Positions 62,880 through 64,000 of a stretch of DNA of 64,000 bases are shown here, in pieces. The notes below the pieces were generated by a model. That model did no database searches. It saw only the letters and a program-made list of their open reading frames with translations, and was not told where the DNA came from. Every line of letters begins with the position of its first letter. The first letter of the stretch is position 1. This DNA comes from Octopus bimaculoides (Eukaryota), in the NCBI RefSeq assembly GCF_001194135.2, contig NC_068982.1:98039821-98103820 (forward strand). The letters are read 5' to 3'. A program made the translations under genes and the position numbers.

Positions 62880-63218
62880 NNNNNNNNNNNNNNNNNNNNN
62901 NNNNNNNNNNNNNNNNNNNNNNNNNNNNNNNNNNNNNNNNNNNNNNNNNNNNNNNNNNNNNNNNNNNNNNNNNNNNNNNNNNNNNNNNNNNNNNNNNNNN
63001 NNNNNNNNNNNNNNNNNNNNNNNNNNNNNNNNNNNNNNNNNNNNNNNNNNNNNNNNNNNNNNNNNNNNNNNNNNNNNNNNNNNNNNNNNNNNNNNNNNNN
63101 NNNNNNNNNNNNNNNNNNNNNNNNNNNNNNNNNNNNNNNNNNNNNNNNNNNNNNNNNNNNNNNNNNNNNNNNNNNNNNNNNNNNNNNNNNNNNNNNNNNN
63201 NNNNNNNNNNNNNNNNNN
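62880..63218. other. Assembly gap (N run)
   Basis: Direct reading. Confidence 1.
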
Positions 63219-64000
63219 GGAAACTGGAAAAACTCCCTGCGTCCAATATTGCACTAATGCATAACAAGTTTCGCTTGAAATGTTGAGATGGTTGACTTAA
63301 CTTGGATGAGATTAACACCATCTCCTTCCAACTGCTTATTCACTTCATTGAATTTAGCGAGTAAGTCAGATAAGTATGCAATATCTTTCTTTATACTTTT
63401 AAGCCTCACACTAAGTTCTGGGACGGCGATATCAAAGAACTCCGTTACTGAATCAAACAAAGCATAAAAGCGATTCTATGGCAGTGTTTTCTCCATGATA
63501 ACCACCTCACCTCTGTGTGGAACAGCAGGTTTTGAAAGTCTTCGTCGTTTTCAAAACAAAGCTGCTGAAACAGGCGAGAGTTCAGAGCATGATTTCATTC
63601 ACGGCAGCGATTACCGTGTTTAGGGAATCGTGAAGACGACCATTGAGGTTTCGTGCAACAAGTTGTTGTCGATGAATCACGCAGACTGACTTTGAGATAA
63701 CTGAGGAAGCCGCGATGACAACTGGTCATCGATTGTGCACCATCATTTGCACAGGCTACAATATTATTCAGTGGGATGTCCTTTTTGTCAATAAAGCTCT
63801 TGACCACATTGAAAATAGATTCACCCTTGGTATTAGTTTCCAATAGTCTGTCAAAGAGCAGTTTGCCTGGCAGAGTGGACTCGTCCAACTGCAAGCTCAT
63901 TTGTGTTTTCTTCAGAATTGTGCAGAGTTGGTCTTTGACGTCTTCCATTTCATCAACCCTCCTCTGGACAGAGCTATTATTCAGAGGAATACCTTTGATA
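63219..64000 (-). pseudogene. Decayed hAT (Buster/Charlie, ZBED5/SCAND3-like) transposase
   Basis: Successive frames give IPLNNSSVQRRVDEM, SLQLDEST, LETNTKGESIFN, ACANDGAQSM, CVIHRQQLVARNL (CxxH), RLFQQLCFENDEDFQNLLFHTEVRWLS and DIAYLSDLLAKFNEVNKQLEG. Several frameshifts and deletions; runs off the window edge. Confidence 0.9.

Noticed and set aside
1-64000. CRISPR array, operon or prokaryotic defence system
   Set aside because: No regularly spaced repeats with unique spacers and no long intact ORFs. The sequence is eukaryotic repeat-rich DNA.

Overview
This is eukaryotic, AT-rich, repeat-saturated draft-assembly DNA with four N gaps and very dense (CA)n, (TA)n, (AGT)n and (ATG)n microsatellites. 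It is not prokaryotic, and I find no CRISPR array, operon, rRNA or true tRNA gene. The SINE families, RTE tails ending in (ATG)n and the microsatellite load look like a coleoid cephalopod (Octopus-like) genome; this is my inference, not a database result. Almost all supplied ORFs are microsatellite, gap or transposon artefacts. Supportable content: many RTE-clade LINE fragments and 3' tails; Jockey/CR1/L2-group and R4-like LINE remnants; at least three tRNA-derived SINE families, one with a 12-bp TSD and one nested in another SINE; an internally deleted mariner with ~160-bp TIRs; TTAA-flanked piggyBac-type MITEs; and a decayed hAT (Buster/Charlie-type) transposase at the right edge. No host gene can be named, only weak candidate exons. 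The most interesting signal is a set of dispersed minimal type-I hammerhead-ribozyme-like motifs (CUGAYGA-stem II-GAAAC-short palindromic stem III-GUH-stem I) in three sequence families. These resemble those of Penelope-like elements and retrozymes. Also notable: a fold-back plus templated-insertion scar inside an RTE tail, a pre-miRNA-like hairpin in unique sequence, and an apparent CpG-poor to CpG-rich transition near 25 kb. Element boundaries are read by eye and approximate unless a TSD or TIR is given.
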